Source of the DNA: Paludibacteraceae bacterium
GTDB lineage: Bacteria > Bacteroidota > Bacteroidia > Bacteroidales > Paludibacteraceae
Length of the DNA: 64,000 bases
Assembly (NCBI GenBank): GCA_017451525.1
Contig: JAFTOD010000002.1
Span: 190,964 to 254,963 of the forward strand
Direction of reading: 5' to 3'
The notes below the pieces were generated by a model. It was not told where the DNA came from and did no database searches. It saw nothing but the letters and a program-made list of their open reading frames with translations. Of the stretch, positions 42,810-52,403 are shown in pieces; positions within the stretch are counted from its first letter, which is position 1, and every line of letters begins with the position of its first letter. A program made the translations under genes and the position numbers.

Positions 42810-44591
42810 ATGAAGAGGATAGTGACCATATTATTTGCGATGGGATGTGGGCTGTTGATGATGGCGCAAAATATTCCTGTCCCTTTTACGCAGACAAAAC
42901 TGTATGATTTTCTGGATGAACTGCTGACCGAAGGTGTGGTGGTGCGCCAAACGGCAGTGCGTCCGTACACCCGCGCTCAGGTGGCGGCAATGTTGGTGGA
43001 AGCAGAGGCAGCCGACTCGCTGCTCAATAGTCGTCAGCAAAAAGAATTGGCATTCTACCTCAATGAGTTTGCTTTGGAGCGCGATACGATGGTGAGCAAC
43101 TATGTGCAATATACCGACCATAGCACGTTTAACCTCTCGTTGGCAGATCCGCAGTTTAGTTATCGCAGCAAGAATTCGATGTTTAAGATGCGTTTGCGTC
43201 CTATCTTGGGTGCGAATATCACGGTGAATCGCCATGGCGGATTGTTGCAACGTTGGTGGGGCGCGGAATTGCAAATGGACATCGCTAAGCATTTGAGTAT
43301 ATGGGGCAGTTTACGCGATAATTCGTGGAATGGCAATTGGCTGAAGACGGAAGATTACCCTGGCAAATACGATAAGATGTATGGTGCACAGATTCATTAT
43401 GGTGCATCTCGTCAGCAACCAGCATTGTTGCCAATGGCAGGTGTGCAATACAAAGAGGCAACATACGGCGGCGACTTCTCGGATTCGCGAGGCGGAATCA
43501 ACTTATATACATGGTGGGGAAGCATCGGCATTCAGCGGGAGAATATCCAATGGGGCGATGCTTATCATGCGTCTAATATCCTATCGCAACGTACGCCTGC
43601 CGCGCCGATGATTACACTGCAACTGACACCGTGCAAGTGGTTCCAATTTGACTATTTCCATGCATGGCTGGTGTCGAATGTGGTGGATTCTACCTACTAC
43701 TACGAGGAACAAACGGAAAACGGAATACTGCGAAACTACCGTCCGATGAATAAGTTTATGGCAGCAAACATGTTTACTTTTACGCCTGTGAAGTATGTGT
43801 CGTTGTCGTTTGGTAATTCGGTGGTGTACGCAGAGCGCACGATACAGGCAGCATATCTGATACCGATTGCGTTTTACAAGTCGCTTGATCATTTGCTGAC
43901 AAAGGGAATACGCACGCAAAATCAAAACTCACAAGCTTTTGCTTCGCTGTCGGTGCGCCCTGTGGAGCATCTGCATTTGTATGGTTCATTCTTCTTGGAT
44001 GAGGTGAAGTTCGCCCGTTTCAAACCATCTAACCCTGAGAATAATCCGATATCCTATTTGGTGGGCTTTAATTGGTCGGGTTGGCCTATTCGAGGATTGA
44101 GTTTGAAAGGTGAGTTTATGCGCTCATATATAGCATGTTATACCCATTCAATCGAAGCGTTGGCATGGACGTCAAACTCCTATAATATGGGTCATTACAT
44201 GGGTGATAATGCCCAGTCTATCTATGCGGAGTTGGCATACCGACCAATCAGGGGTATGCTGTTGAAGCTGAGTTACACCAACGATACGAAGTATAATTCC
44301 TATGCCTATTTGCGCGATAATATCTCAGAAACCATCGCACAAAAGCCATTCGACCACGCCGTCTTCCGCAATGATGTGCTGCGTTTGGATGGCATCTATG
44401 AAGTGCATCCGAATATGTATTTGACATTGGCTTTGGAGTACAACAATGCGCGGGCATTTGACAATCAGAAGACTGATGCTCTTCCCAGCGAAGATATAGG
44501 CGATGCGCAGCATTATCTGGATAAATACATGCCACTATACTACCAAGGCAAGAATTTCACCGTTTCTGCTGCCTTCAGTTTTGGATTTTAA
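42810..44591 (+). CDS. Outer-membrane beta-barrel protein, probably capsule-assembly Wzi family
   Basis: Signal peptide. The N-terminal helical segment YDFLDELLTEGVV...VRPYTRAQVAAML resembles the Wzi N-terminus. It ends in Phe and sits in a polysaccharide gene context. Confidence 0.6.
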   Translation: MKRIVTILFAMGCGLLMMAQNIPVPFTQTKLYDFLDELLTEGVVVRQTAVRPYTRAQVAAMLVEAEAADSLLNSRQQKELAFYLNEFALERDTMVSNYVQYTDHSTFNLSLADPQFSYRSKNSMFKMRLRPILGANITVNRHGGLLQRWWGAELQMDIAKHLSIWGSLRDNSWNGNWLKTEDYPGKYDKMYGAQIHYGASRQQPALLPMAGVQYKEATYGGDFSDSRGGINLYTWWGSIGIQRENIQWGDAYHASNILSQRTPAAPMITLQLTPCKWFQFDYFHAWLVSNVVDSTYYYEEQTENGILRNYRPMNKFMAANMFTFTPVKYVSLSFGNSVVYAERTIQAAYLIPIAFYKSLDHLLTKGIRTQNQNSQAFASLSVRPVEHLHLYGSFFLDEVKFARFKPSNPENNPISYLVGFNWSGWPIRGLSLKGEFMRSYIACYTHSIEALAWTSNSYNMGHYMGDNAQSIYAELAYRPIRGMLLKLSYTNDTKYNSYAYLRDNISETIAQKPFDHAVFRNDVLRLDGIYEVHPNMYLTLALEYNNARAFDNQKTDALPSEDIGDAQHYLDKYMPLYYQGKNFTVSAAFSFGF

Positions 44592-44594
44592 TGC

Positions 44595-45632
44595 ATGATT
44601 CAAAAATTGAGATGCTCTGTTGTCATATTAAATTGGAATGGTGAAGCAATGCTTCGTCGGTTTCTGCCATTGGTGTTGGAGCATACTCAGTTGCCCGAGG
44701 TGGAGATTGTGGTAGCGGATAATGGTTCGACAGACGATTCGCTGAAGTATTTGCGTGAGCAACCAGTACGGCTGATAACGTTGGCTGAGAACTATGGTTT
44801 TGCCGAAGGGTATAATCGTGCGATAGAGCAAGTGGATGCCGAGTATGTGGTGTTGCTTAATTCGGATGTGGAGGTGACGCCTCATTGGTTGGAACGTATG
44901 TTGGAGTATATGGATGCGCATGCTGAGGTGGCTGCTGCTCAGCCGAAAGTGCTGTCGTGGCACTCCAAGCAGCAATTTAACCAAGGCGAGGTGGCGGCTA
45001 TTCGTTTCGAACATGCAGGCGCAGCAGGCGGTATGATGGATATGCTGGGCTATCCGTATTGCAGAGGGCGAATGATGTCGTACGTGGAAGAAGACCATGG
45101 GCAATACGATGAGGTGGCACCTATCTTTTGGGCTACGGGCGCGTGCCTGCTCGTGCGTGCGAGAGTATATAAGGAATTGGGCGGATTGGATGCCAATTTT
45201 TTTGCACACCAAGAGGAAATCGACTTGTGTTGGCGGATACATAGGCAGTGTGCAGTTGATACTGGACGGTTGATAGTTAGTCTTCCACAGTCAGTCGTTT
45301 ACCACGTTGGTGGTGGCACGTTGGGGTATGAAAATCCACGCAAGACGTTTCTGAATTTCCGAAACAACTTGCTGATGCTCCGTAAGAATTTACCAATGTC
45401 GCGCCTATGGTGGGTGATGGTAGTGCGTTTCTTTATGGATTATTTGGCGGCATTACAGATGTTGGCAACGAGACAACCACTGAATGCCAAAGCTGTTTTT
45501 CAGGCGCGTTGGGCGTATCATCAGATGAAGAAGCAATATGCGGTATTGCGCACCAGAGAGAGAATGAAAAATAATTGCATTGCCCAACGAAGTATCGTGT
45601 GGGATTTTTATGTGAGGCGGAAGAAAAAGTGA
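44595..45632 (+). CDS. GT2-family glycosyltransferase
   Basis: SVVILNWNG, VADNGSTDDS, LLNSDVEV and a (Q/E)EEIDLCWR-type motif. Confidence 0.88.
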   Translation: MIQKLRCSVVILNWNGEAMLRRFLPLVLEHTQLPEVEIVVADNGSTDDSLKYLREQPVRLITLAENYGFAEGYNRAIEQVDAEYVVLLNSDVEVTPHWLERMLEYMDAHAEVAAAQPKVLSWHSKQQFNQGEVAAIRFEHAGAAGGMMDMLGYPYCRGRMMSYVEEDHGQYDEVAPIFWATGACLLVRARVYKELGGLDANFFAHQEEIDLCWRIHRQCAVDTGRLIVSLPQSVVYHVGGGTLGYENPRKTFLNFRNNLLMLRKNLPMSRLWWVMVVRFFMDYLAALQMLATRQPLNAKAVFQARWAYHQMKKQYAVLRTRERMKNNCIAQRSIVWDFYVRRKKK

Positions 45633-45662
45633 AGGATACTTGTATAAGTGAAAAAAAATCAC

Positions 45663-45670
45663 TACCTTTG
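45663..45670 (+). promoter_or_regulatory. -7 box (TACCTTTG) for fumarate hydratase
   Basis: Matches TAnnTTTG, 35 nt upstream of the ATG. Confidence 0.6.
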
Positions 45671-45705
45671 TAGCGTAAATTTGAATTTATCAAAACAATA
45701 TAAAT

Positions 45706-47346
45706 ATGGAGTTTAAGTATGCACCAATGTTTCAACTAGGAAAGGATGAAACAGAGTATTATCTGCTGACTAAAGACCATGTATCGGTTGGCGACTTTGA
45801 AGGTAAACCTATCCTCAAGATTGAGGCTGAAGGATTAACAAAAATGGCTAATGCTGCTTTCTCGGACGTGAGTTTTATGCTGCGTCGTAGTCACAATGAG
45901 CAAGTAGCAAAAATACTGCGCGACCCAGAGGCAAGCGATAATGATAAGTATGTAGCATTGACCTTCTTGCGCAATGCAGAAGTGTCATGCAAAGGTCAGT
46001 TGCCACTCTGTCAAGACACTGGTACCGCTATTATCCATGGCGAGAAAGGTCAACAAGTATGGACTGGCTACTGCGACGAAGAGGCACTAAGCAAAGGTGT
46101 GTATCTCACCTATACAGAGCGTAATCTCCGCTACTCGCAAAACGCTCCGTTGAATATGTATGATGAGGTGAATACCAAGTGCAACCTGCCTGCGCAAATC
46201 GACCTCGAGGCTACAGAAGGTATGGAATACCATTTCCTTTGCGTAACCAAAGGTGGTGGTTCTGCCAACAAGACCTACCTCTATCAAGAGACCAAAGCGC
46301 GTATCCAAAATCCAGGTACATTGATTCCATTCCTCGTGGAGAAGATGAAGAGCCTTGGTACAGCAGCTTGCCCTCCATATCATATTGCTTTTGTGATTGG
46401 CGGTACGAGTGCAGAGAAGAACTTGCTGACTGTGAAATTGGCCTCTACCCACTACTACGACACCTTGCCAACTACGGGCGATGAGACAGGTCGTGCGTTC
46501 CGCGACATAGAGTTGGAGGAACAACTGCTGAAAGAAGCATACAAGATTGGACTGGGTGCGCAGTTCGGTGGCAAATACATGGCACACGATATTCGCGTAA
46601 TCCGTTTGCCTCGTCATGGCGCAAGTTGCCCCATCGGATTGGGCGTAAGTTGCTCGGCTGACCGCAATATCAAGTGTAAGATCAACAAAGACGGTATTTG
46701 GATTGAGAAGATGGATAACAATCCTGCTTCGCTCATTCCTGAAGAACTGCGTAATGCTGGCGAAGGCGATGCTGTACGCATTGACCTCAATCAACCAATG
46801 GCGGATGTGTGCAAGATTTTGACTCAATATCCAATCGGTACACGTCTGAGTTTGAATGGTACGATTATTGTAGGTCGTGATATAGCACATGCTAAGATTA
46901 AAGCCCGTTTGGATGCAGGCGAGGGTATGCCAGAGTATCTGAAGAACCATCCTATCTACTACGCAGGTCCTGCCAAAACACCAGCAGGTATGCCTTGCGG
47001 TTCGATGGGCCCAACTACAGCAGGTCGTATGGACCCATATGTGGATGAGTTCCAAGACAATGGCGGAAGTCTAATCATGTTGGCAAAGGGTAATCGCTCA
47101 ATTGATGTGACCAACGCTTGCCAAAAGCATGGTGGTTTCTATCTCGGCTCAATTGGTGGTCCTGCTGCTATCCTCGCACAAGAGAATATCAAGTCAATTG
47201 AGTGCGTAGAGTATCCAGAATTGGGGATGGAAGCCATTTGGAAAATCGAAGTGGAGAACTTCCCAGCATTCATCCTCGTGGATGACAAGGGCAATGACTT
47301 CTTCAAACAACTCAAGCCATGCGATGGTTGCTCAATATTGAAGTAA
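45706..47346 (+). CDS. Class I (Fe-S) fumarate hydratase
   Basis: 546 aa with [17 protein letters not shown] and GPTTAGRMD motifs typical of the FumA/FumB type. Confidence 0.93.
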   Translation: MEFKYAPMFQLGKDETEYYLLTKDHVSVGDFEGKPILKIEAEGLTKMANAAFSDVSFMLRRSHNEQVAKILRDPEASDNDKYVALTFLRNAEVSCKGQLPLCQDTGTAIIHGEKGQQVWTGYCDEEALSKGVYLTYTERNLRYSQNAPLNMYDEVNTKCNLPAQIDLEATEGMEYHFLCVTKGGGSANKTYLYQETKARIQNPGTLIPFLVEKMKSLGTAACPPYHIAFVIGGTSAEKNLLTVKLASTHYYDTLPTTGDETGRAFRDIELEEQLLKEAYKIGLGAQFGGKYMAHDIRVIRLPRHGASCPIGLGVSCSADRNIKCKINKDGIWIEKMDNNPASLIPEELRNAGEGDAVRIDLNQPMADVCKILTQYPIGTRLSLNGTIIVGRDIAHAKIKARLDAGEGMPEYLKNHPIYYAGPAKTPAGMPCGSMGPTTAGRMDPYVDEFQDNGGSLIMLAKGNRSIDVTNACQKHGGFYLGSIGGPAAILAQENIKSIECVEYPELGMEAIWKIEVENFPAFILVDDKGNDFFKQLKPCDGCSILK

Positions 47347-47391
47347 TGTTTAATCGTTCGAACCGTAAGGTGAGATATAGCATTAAGAATT

Positions 47392-48225
47392 TTGACAGAC
47401 GATAAGAAAATAAGTCTTTGGCGTCGGTTACGTAATCGGCATCGAATCAGTGTATTAGACGAAGCGACCTTAGCAGAGCGTTGGCATATTCATCTCTCAG
47501 GGTGGGGGGGCATCGTGGTAATAGCGCTGCTATTCCTGCTATCATTGGTACTATTCTCGTTGGTGATACTCTATACCCCTATACGTAACTATTTACCAGG
47601 TTATTCAGAGAATATCCGTCAGCAATTGGTGGAAGAGTCTGCACGTGTGGATTCGTTGGGTACCTCACTTGAGTTGCAACGGCAATACTTGAATGTTATC
47701 AAGCAGGTGATGGCAGGAGAAGTGCAATCGGATACGGTACAAAGTCTTGATTCGATGCAAATAATCATGCGTGAGCAATTGCTGGAAGCAAAAAGCGAAG
47801 CTACGGCAGAGTTTATTGCTCAGTATGAGGCAAAAGAAAAAGATTACTTGCAACTGTTTGACATTGCCAATACCACGCCTACCGTGTCGTTTTTCCGACC
47901 AACGCATGGCGTGATTATACAATCCTATGCACCAAAGGAACAACAATATGGGGTGGTTTTGAAAACACCAGAAAAAGAGAATGTAACCGCAGTTTTGGCA
48001 GGTAGAGTGGTGTATCTAAACTACGAGATTGGAAATACCTATACCATCATGCTGCAACACGACAACTACTTGTCGATATATCGCAACACCCTGAAATCGC
48101 TAAAGAATGTAGGCGATGCAGTGGCAGCAGGCGAGAGTATCGCACTGGTGGCAGACCAACTGCTATGGTTCGAAATATGGCAAAACGGACAGTCGATTAA
48201 CCCTGAAGAGATTATTGCGTTTTGA
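47392..48225 (+). CDS. Membrane-anchored degenerate LytM (M23-like) domain protein, likely non-catalytic, TTG start
   Basis: N-terminal charged region plus one TM. The C-terminal M23 fold has its catalytic positions replaced: QYGVVL in place of HxGxD, and LLWFEIW in place of HLHFE. There is no in-frame ATG before the TM, so TTG 47392 is the best start. Confidence 0.7.
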   Translation: MTDDKKISLWRRLRNRHRISVLDEATLAERWHIHLSGWGGIVVIALLFLLSLVLFSLVILYTPIRNYLPGYSENIRQQLVEESARVDSLGTSLELQRQYLNVIKQVMAGEVQSDTVQSLDSMQIIMREQLLEAKSEATAEFIAQYEAKEKDYLQLFDIANTTPTVSFFRPTHGVIIQSYAPKEQQYGVVLKTPEKENVTAVLAGRVVYLNYEIGNTYTIMLQHDNYLSIYRNTLKSLKNVGDAVAAGESIALVADQLLWFEIWQNGQSINPEEIIAF

Positions 48226-48248
48226 GAGTGGAGGAGATAAAAGGTAAA

Positions 48249-49406
48249 ATGAAACAAATAGCTATATTAGGCAGTACTGGTAGTATTGGTACGCAAACTT
48301 TGGATGTAGTGCGTCAGCACCCTAGTGAGTTTAGTGTCTATGCCTTGTCTGCACATCGTAGTTTGGATTTGCTGATTCAGCAGGCGTTGGAGTTTAATCC
48401 CGCTGTGGTTTGCATAGCCGATGAGCGTTTGTATCAACCTCTTCGTGAGGCCCTGAGCGATTTACCTATCAAGGTGATGGCTGGGGAGAAAGCAATCTCC
48501 GAGATGGTGACAATGCCTGCAATCGATGTGGTAGTGGCTGCTATGGTAGGCTATGCTGGTTTGCGACCAACGATAGAGGCTATCAAGGCGAAGAAAACCA
48601 TCGCACTTGCTAATAAGGAAACGCTGGTGGTGGCAGGAGAAATCATCTGCCGTTTAGCACAACGCTACAAAGTGCCTATTCTTCCTGTGGATAGCGAACA
48701 CTCTGCTATATTTCAGAGTTTGGTTGGAGAAGAGGTACAAAGCATTGAGAAACTTTTACTGACTGCTAGTGGTGGTCCTTTCCGTACGTTTACCTACGAG
48801 CAAATGCAGCATGTCACTGCGGCACAAGCGCTCAAACATCCTAATTGGGAGATGGGGGCGAAGATTACTATCGACTCTGCCAGTATGATGAACAAGGGTT
48901 TCGAAGTAATCGAAGCCCGTTGGCTCTTCGATATACCTGTGGAGAAGATACAAGTGTTGGTGCACCCTCAGTCTGTTGTACATTCGGCTGTGCAATTCGT
49001 GGATGGTAGCGTGAAAGCACAACTTGGCACACCAGATATGCGTATGCCTATACAGTATGCTCTTACTTATCCTCATCGATGGCCAAGCGATGTCCCTCAA
49101 TTGGATTTGTTTTCAACGAATCAGCTTACTTTTGAAGAGCCAGATTTGCAACGTTTCCCCAATTTGCGATTAGCATATGAAGCTATGAAAAAAGGTGGGA
49201 ATATGCCATGTATTCTTAATGCTGCTAACGAGGTGGTGAATTTGGCTTTCCGTGAGGAGAAATGTGGATTCTTGCAGATGTCGGATGTGATAGCAAAAAC
49301 GATGGAAAGAACTGCTTTCATTGCCGAACCAACGTATGAAGACTATGTCCTAACCGACACCGAAGCTCGCAAAATAGCAACCGAAACTTTGAAACTATTT
49401 AATTAA
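48249..49406 (+). CDS. dxr: 1-deoxy-D-xylulose-5-phosphate reductoisomerase
   Basis: ILGSTGSIGTQTLDV, LANKE, DSEHSAIFQ and NKG motifs. Confidence 0.96.
   Translation: MKQIAILGSTGSIGTQTLDVVRQHPSEFSVYALSAHRSLDLLIQQALEFNPAVVCIADERLYQPLREALSDLPIKVMAGEKAISEMVTMPAIDVVVAAMVGYAGLRPTIEAIKAKKTIALANKETLVVAGEIICRLAQRYKVPILPVDSEHSAIFQSLVGEEVQSIEKLLLTASGGPFRTFTYEQMQHVTAAQALKHPNWEMGAKITIDSASMMNKGFEVIEARWLFDIPVEKIQVLVHPQSVVHSAVQFVDGSVKAQLGTPDMRMPIQYALTYPHRWPSDVPQLDLFSTNQLTFEEPDLQRFPNLRLAYEAMKKGGNMPCILNAANEVVNLAFREEKCGFLQMSDVIAKTMERTAFIAEPTYEDYVLTDTEARKIATETLKLFN
49383..49398 (+). repeat. TGAAACT-word repeat overlapping the dxr 3' end
   Basis: GAAACTTTGAAACTAT encodes the ..ETLKLF.. C-terminus of Dxr. Confidence 0.7.
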
Positions 49407-49544
49407 CTTAATAAATCCCTCCGACGGCACGGAGGAGTCTCCCTCGAAAACATCCGAGAAGCTCGTGGCTTTGAGGATAGAGTGGAGGCATCGAGCACCC
49501 TAACGACGAGGTCGTCGGTCAATGCGCGAGATTGCCGAACACGA

Positions 49545-51077
49545 ATGCAGTGGATACAACTTATACTTGCTCTTAGTATTCTCGTGGTGATTCACGAGTT
49601 AGGACATTTCTGCTTCGCACGTCTATTCAAAGTACGTGTAGAGAAATTCTATATGTTTTTTAATCCAAAGTTTTCTTTGGTGCGTGCCAAAAAGATTAAT
49701 GGCAAGTGGCAAGTACGCTTCTTTGCTCCTAATGTGGAGCCAACTGCGGTGCCAGTATTGGATGCCATGGGCAACGAAAAGAAAGATGAGAAAGGACAAC
49801 CTCTCTATCGTCCAATGACCGATGAGGAGTTGAATGCCCTTCCTGAAGATGATTGGCGTCGTTATCCTGATAATACTGAGTGGGGTATTGGTTGGGTACC
49901 TTTTGGTGGCTATTGTGCTATCGCTGGTATGGTGGATGAAACCAAGTCTGCTACCGACTTACCATCAGAACCTCAACCATGGGAGTTCCGTGCAAAGAAC
50001 GTATGGCAACGTTTGTGTATCATTATCGGGGGTATCTTGGTGAATTTTGTGGCAGCCTTGCTAATCTTTGGTATGATACTTTTCCATTGGGGAAAAGATA
50101 CCTTGCCTCTCAGCCAGATTACTACTGGCTTATACTATTCAGATATTATGCTTGATGAGGGCTTTAAGCAGCAAGATAATATTCTGTCAATCAATGGTGT
50201 AGAACCTCAAAGTATAGCAGATGTGATGCAAAGTATTATTTTGGATGGGAATCGAGATGTGGTGGTGTTACGTGGTAATGATACGCTATACCTAACGATG
50301 TCAGAGGATTTAGGCGAGCGATATTTGGCTTTGCAAAATGAGGTTGATCGTGAAGAACGCGAGAAAGCGCGTGCTGATAAGTCGTATCAAAAGAAAGGTT
50401 ATACACTTGTGTCCTACTTTATACCATTTGTGGTAGATTCTGTGTTGCCAGGTGGCGCAGCTTCGTTTGCAAATATGCAAAAGGGAGATAGCATTGTGGG
50501 TGTGAACGGAGTAGATGGCTTGTGCTACTACCAAGTGGTAGAAGAGTTGGCAAAGCATCCGTGTGATAGTGTAACGGTGGATTTCTATCGTGCAGGAGAA
50601 CTGATGCAAGCTCGCTTGTTTATCGGTGACCAAGCCAAAATGGGTGTAGGTGTCAAGACCGATTTCTATACTCCAATCCACATTGATTATACATTATGGG
50701 AAGCGATACCTGCAGGTATTGAATTTGGTTGGGATTTCTTGGTTTCGTATGTGAAGCAGTTCCGCCTGATTTTCACAAAAGAGGGAGCTCAGTCGGTAGG
50801 TGGGTTTGGTGCGATTAGCAACATGTTCCCTGAAACATGGAACTGGTATGGATTCTGGAAAATCACTGCGATTATCAGTCTGATTTTGGCATTTATGAAT
50901 TTCTTGCCTATTCCTGCTTTGGATGGTGGATATATTCTCTTCCTGTTGTGGGAGATTATCACGGGACGCAAACCAAGCGATAAGTTCTTGGAAGTAGCGA
51001 ATACGATAGGTTTTTGGCTACTATTTGCTCTCTTGATTTTTGCGAATGGTAATGATATATTTAAAGCGTTTTTCTGA
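49545..51077 (+). CDS. rseP: RIP site-2 metalloprotease RseP
   Basis: HELGHF zinc motif in TM1, central PDZ-like regions, and the C-terminal NFLPIPALDGG motif. ATG 49545 is preferred to the long 49482 model. Confidence 0.92.
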   Translation: MQWIQLILALSILVVIHELGHFCFARLFKVRVEKFYMFFNPKFSLVRAKKINGKWQVRFFAPNVEPTAVPVLDAMGNEKKDEKGQPLYRPMTDEELNALPEDDWRRYPDNTEWGIGWVPFGGYCAIAGMVDETKSATDLPSEPQPWEFRAKNVWQRLCIIIGGILVNFVAALLIFGMILFHWGKDTLPLSQITTGLYYSDIMLDEGFKQQDNILSINGVEPQSIADVMQSIILDGNRDVVVLRGNDTLYLTMSEDLGERYLALQNEVDREEREKARADKSYQKKGYTLVSYFIPFVVDSVLPGGAASFANMQKGDSIVGVNGVDGLCYYQVVEELAKHPCDSVTVDFYRAGELMQARLFIGDQAKMGVGVKTDFYTPIHIDYTLWEAIPAGIEFGWDFLVSYVKQFRLIFTKEGAQSVGGFGAISNMFPETWNWYGFWKITAIISLILAFMNFLPIPALDGGYILFLLWEIITGRKPSDKFLEVANTIGFWLLFALLIFANGNDIFKAFF

Positions 51078-51078
51078 T

Positions 51079-51663
51079 ATGGATGAGGTGTTTGTTCATG
51101 AATCCTCTTATGTGGATGAGGGGTGTTTTATAGGGAGAGGCACTAAGATTTGGCATTTCTCGCATGTGATGTCGGGTTGTCAGATAGGTGAAGATTGCAA
51201 TATAGGTCAGAATGTGGTAGTGTCGCCTGGTGTAATACTTGGTCGCAACTGCAAGGTGCAGAATAATGTATCTATCTATACGGGTGTGCGCTGCGGTGAT
51301 GATGTTTTTTTGGGGCCCAGTATGGTGTTTACCAATGTGATCAATCCTAGGTCAGCAGTATCTCGTAAGGATGAGTATAAGGACACATTTATTCGTCGTG
51401 GTGCTTCAGTGGGTGCCAATGCAACTATCGTATGTGGTAACACGTTGGGCGAATACTGTCTTATCGGTGCAGGTTCGGTGGTAACAAAGGACGTGCCTGC
51501 GTATGCGCTCATGGTAGGTAATCCTGCGCGCAGAGTTGGGTGGGTAAGTCGCCACGGTGAGAAGCTAAAGTTTGATAAAGATGGTCTTGCTACCTGTCCC
51601 GCCACAGGCGAGAAATATCAATTGGTCAATGATTTGTGTCAATTAATCGATTCTAAACACTAA
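51079..51663 (+). CDS. Left-handed beta-helix N-acetyltransferase (WlbB/WbpD-like amino-sugar acetyltransferase)
   Basis: Hexapeptide repeats throughout, plus VHESSYVDEGCFIG..TKIWHFSHV, which is typical of the WlbB type. Confidence 0.75.
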   Translation: MDEVFVHESSYVDEGCFIGRGTKIWHFSHVMSGCQIGEDCNIGQNVVVSPGVILGRNCKVQNNVSIYTGVRCGDDVFLGPSMVFTNVINPRSAVSRKDEYKDTFIRRGASVGANATIVCGNTLGEYCLIGAGSVVTKDVPAYALMVGNPARRVGWVSRHGEKLKFDKDGLATCPATGEKYQLVNDLCQLIDSKH

Positions 51664-51697
51664 ACAGTAGCCCGCTTGCGGGCGTTCACTAAACATT
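51653..51697 (+). repeat. CACTAAA-family element (one hairpin unit) between the acetyltransferase and DUF4293 genes
   Basis: CTAAACACTAAACAGTAGCCCGCTTGCGGGCGTTCACTAAACATT. It supplies the last codons and the stop. Confidence 0.9.
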
Positions 51698-51703
51698 AAA
51701 ACA

Positions 51704-52156
51704 ATGATTCAACGTATCCAAACTCTCTACCTCTTGTTGGTAGTAATATTAGGCACATTGTTGTGTTTCTTTTCGCCTGTTCAATTCCTCTTGCCAGATG
51801 GCACGGAATATATTTCTTTGCAGGCATTCGATAAATGGCCATTAGCGGTGATTTCTGTGGCTATTCCATTGTTGGCATTGGTAAATATCTTTTTGTTCAA
51901 ACGCCGTTTGTTGCAAGCTCGTTTGAATATAATGAATGTGATTTTCTGTATTGGTTATTATGCATTGGTGGCATTGTATGTGGCATTTGTGGTCAAAGGC
52001 TATGAGCCGATTCATGGTATGACCTTGACGCATGCCGATTGGTATATCAACCTATGGACCGCTATTCCAGCCATTAATATCGTGCTAACGATGATGGCTA
52101 CTCGCCGCATCTTGAAGGACGAGGCGCTAGTCCGTGCTGCCGATAGGTTGAGATAA
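51704..52156 (+). CDS. DUF4293-family membrane protein
   Basis: MIQRIQTLYLLL N-terminus, 4 TM and 150 aa. Confidence 0.7.
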   Translation: MIQRIQTLYLLLVVILGTLLCFFSPVQFLLPDGTEYISLQAFDKWPLAVISVAIPLLALVNIFLFKRRLLQARLNIMNVIFCIGYYALVALYVAFVVKGYEPIHGMTLTHADWYINLWTAIPAINIVLTMMATRRILKDEALVRAADRLR

Positions 52157-52177
52157 ATAAGTATAAAATGGAAAAAA

Positions 52178-52208
52178 CGCACTTCTTTATTAGGAGTGCG
52201 TTTTTTTT
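52178..52208 (+). terminator. Intrinsic terminator after the DUF4293 gene
   Basis: CGCACT-TCTTTATTAGG-AGTGCG followed by T8. Confidence 0.75.
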
Positions 52209-52296
52209 GTTTTTATACGTCTATTATTTTTTATTCACTAATCTCTAATCTAAAAACAAACATCTTCAAGTCCCCTTTAGATTATTAAATATATAT

Positions 52297-52334
52297 TAGT
52301 GATTAGTTAGTGATTAGTTAGTGATTAATTAGTT
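52297..52334. repeat. About 3.4 x 11-bp tandem repeat TAGTGATTAGT
   Basis: Read directly from the sequence. It lies in the convergent spacer between the DUF4293 gene and mnmA. Confidence 0.85.
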
Positions 52335-52403
52335 ATTCGGAGCACTCAAGTTGCCAATTTGTGTCCAATCCAATAGGCGGAATGCCGTTCCATACACAGC
52401 GTC

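Noticed and set aside
46087-47055. 322-aa minus-strand ORF antisense to fumarate hydratase
   Set aside because: It is a shadow ORF opposite a confidently identified class I fumarase.
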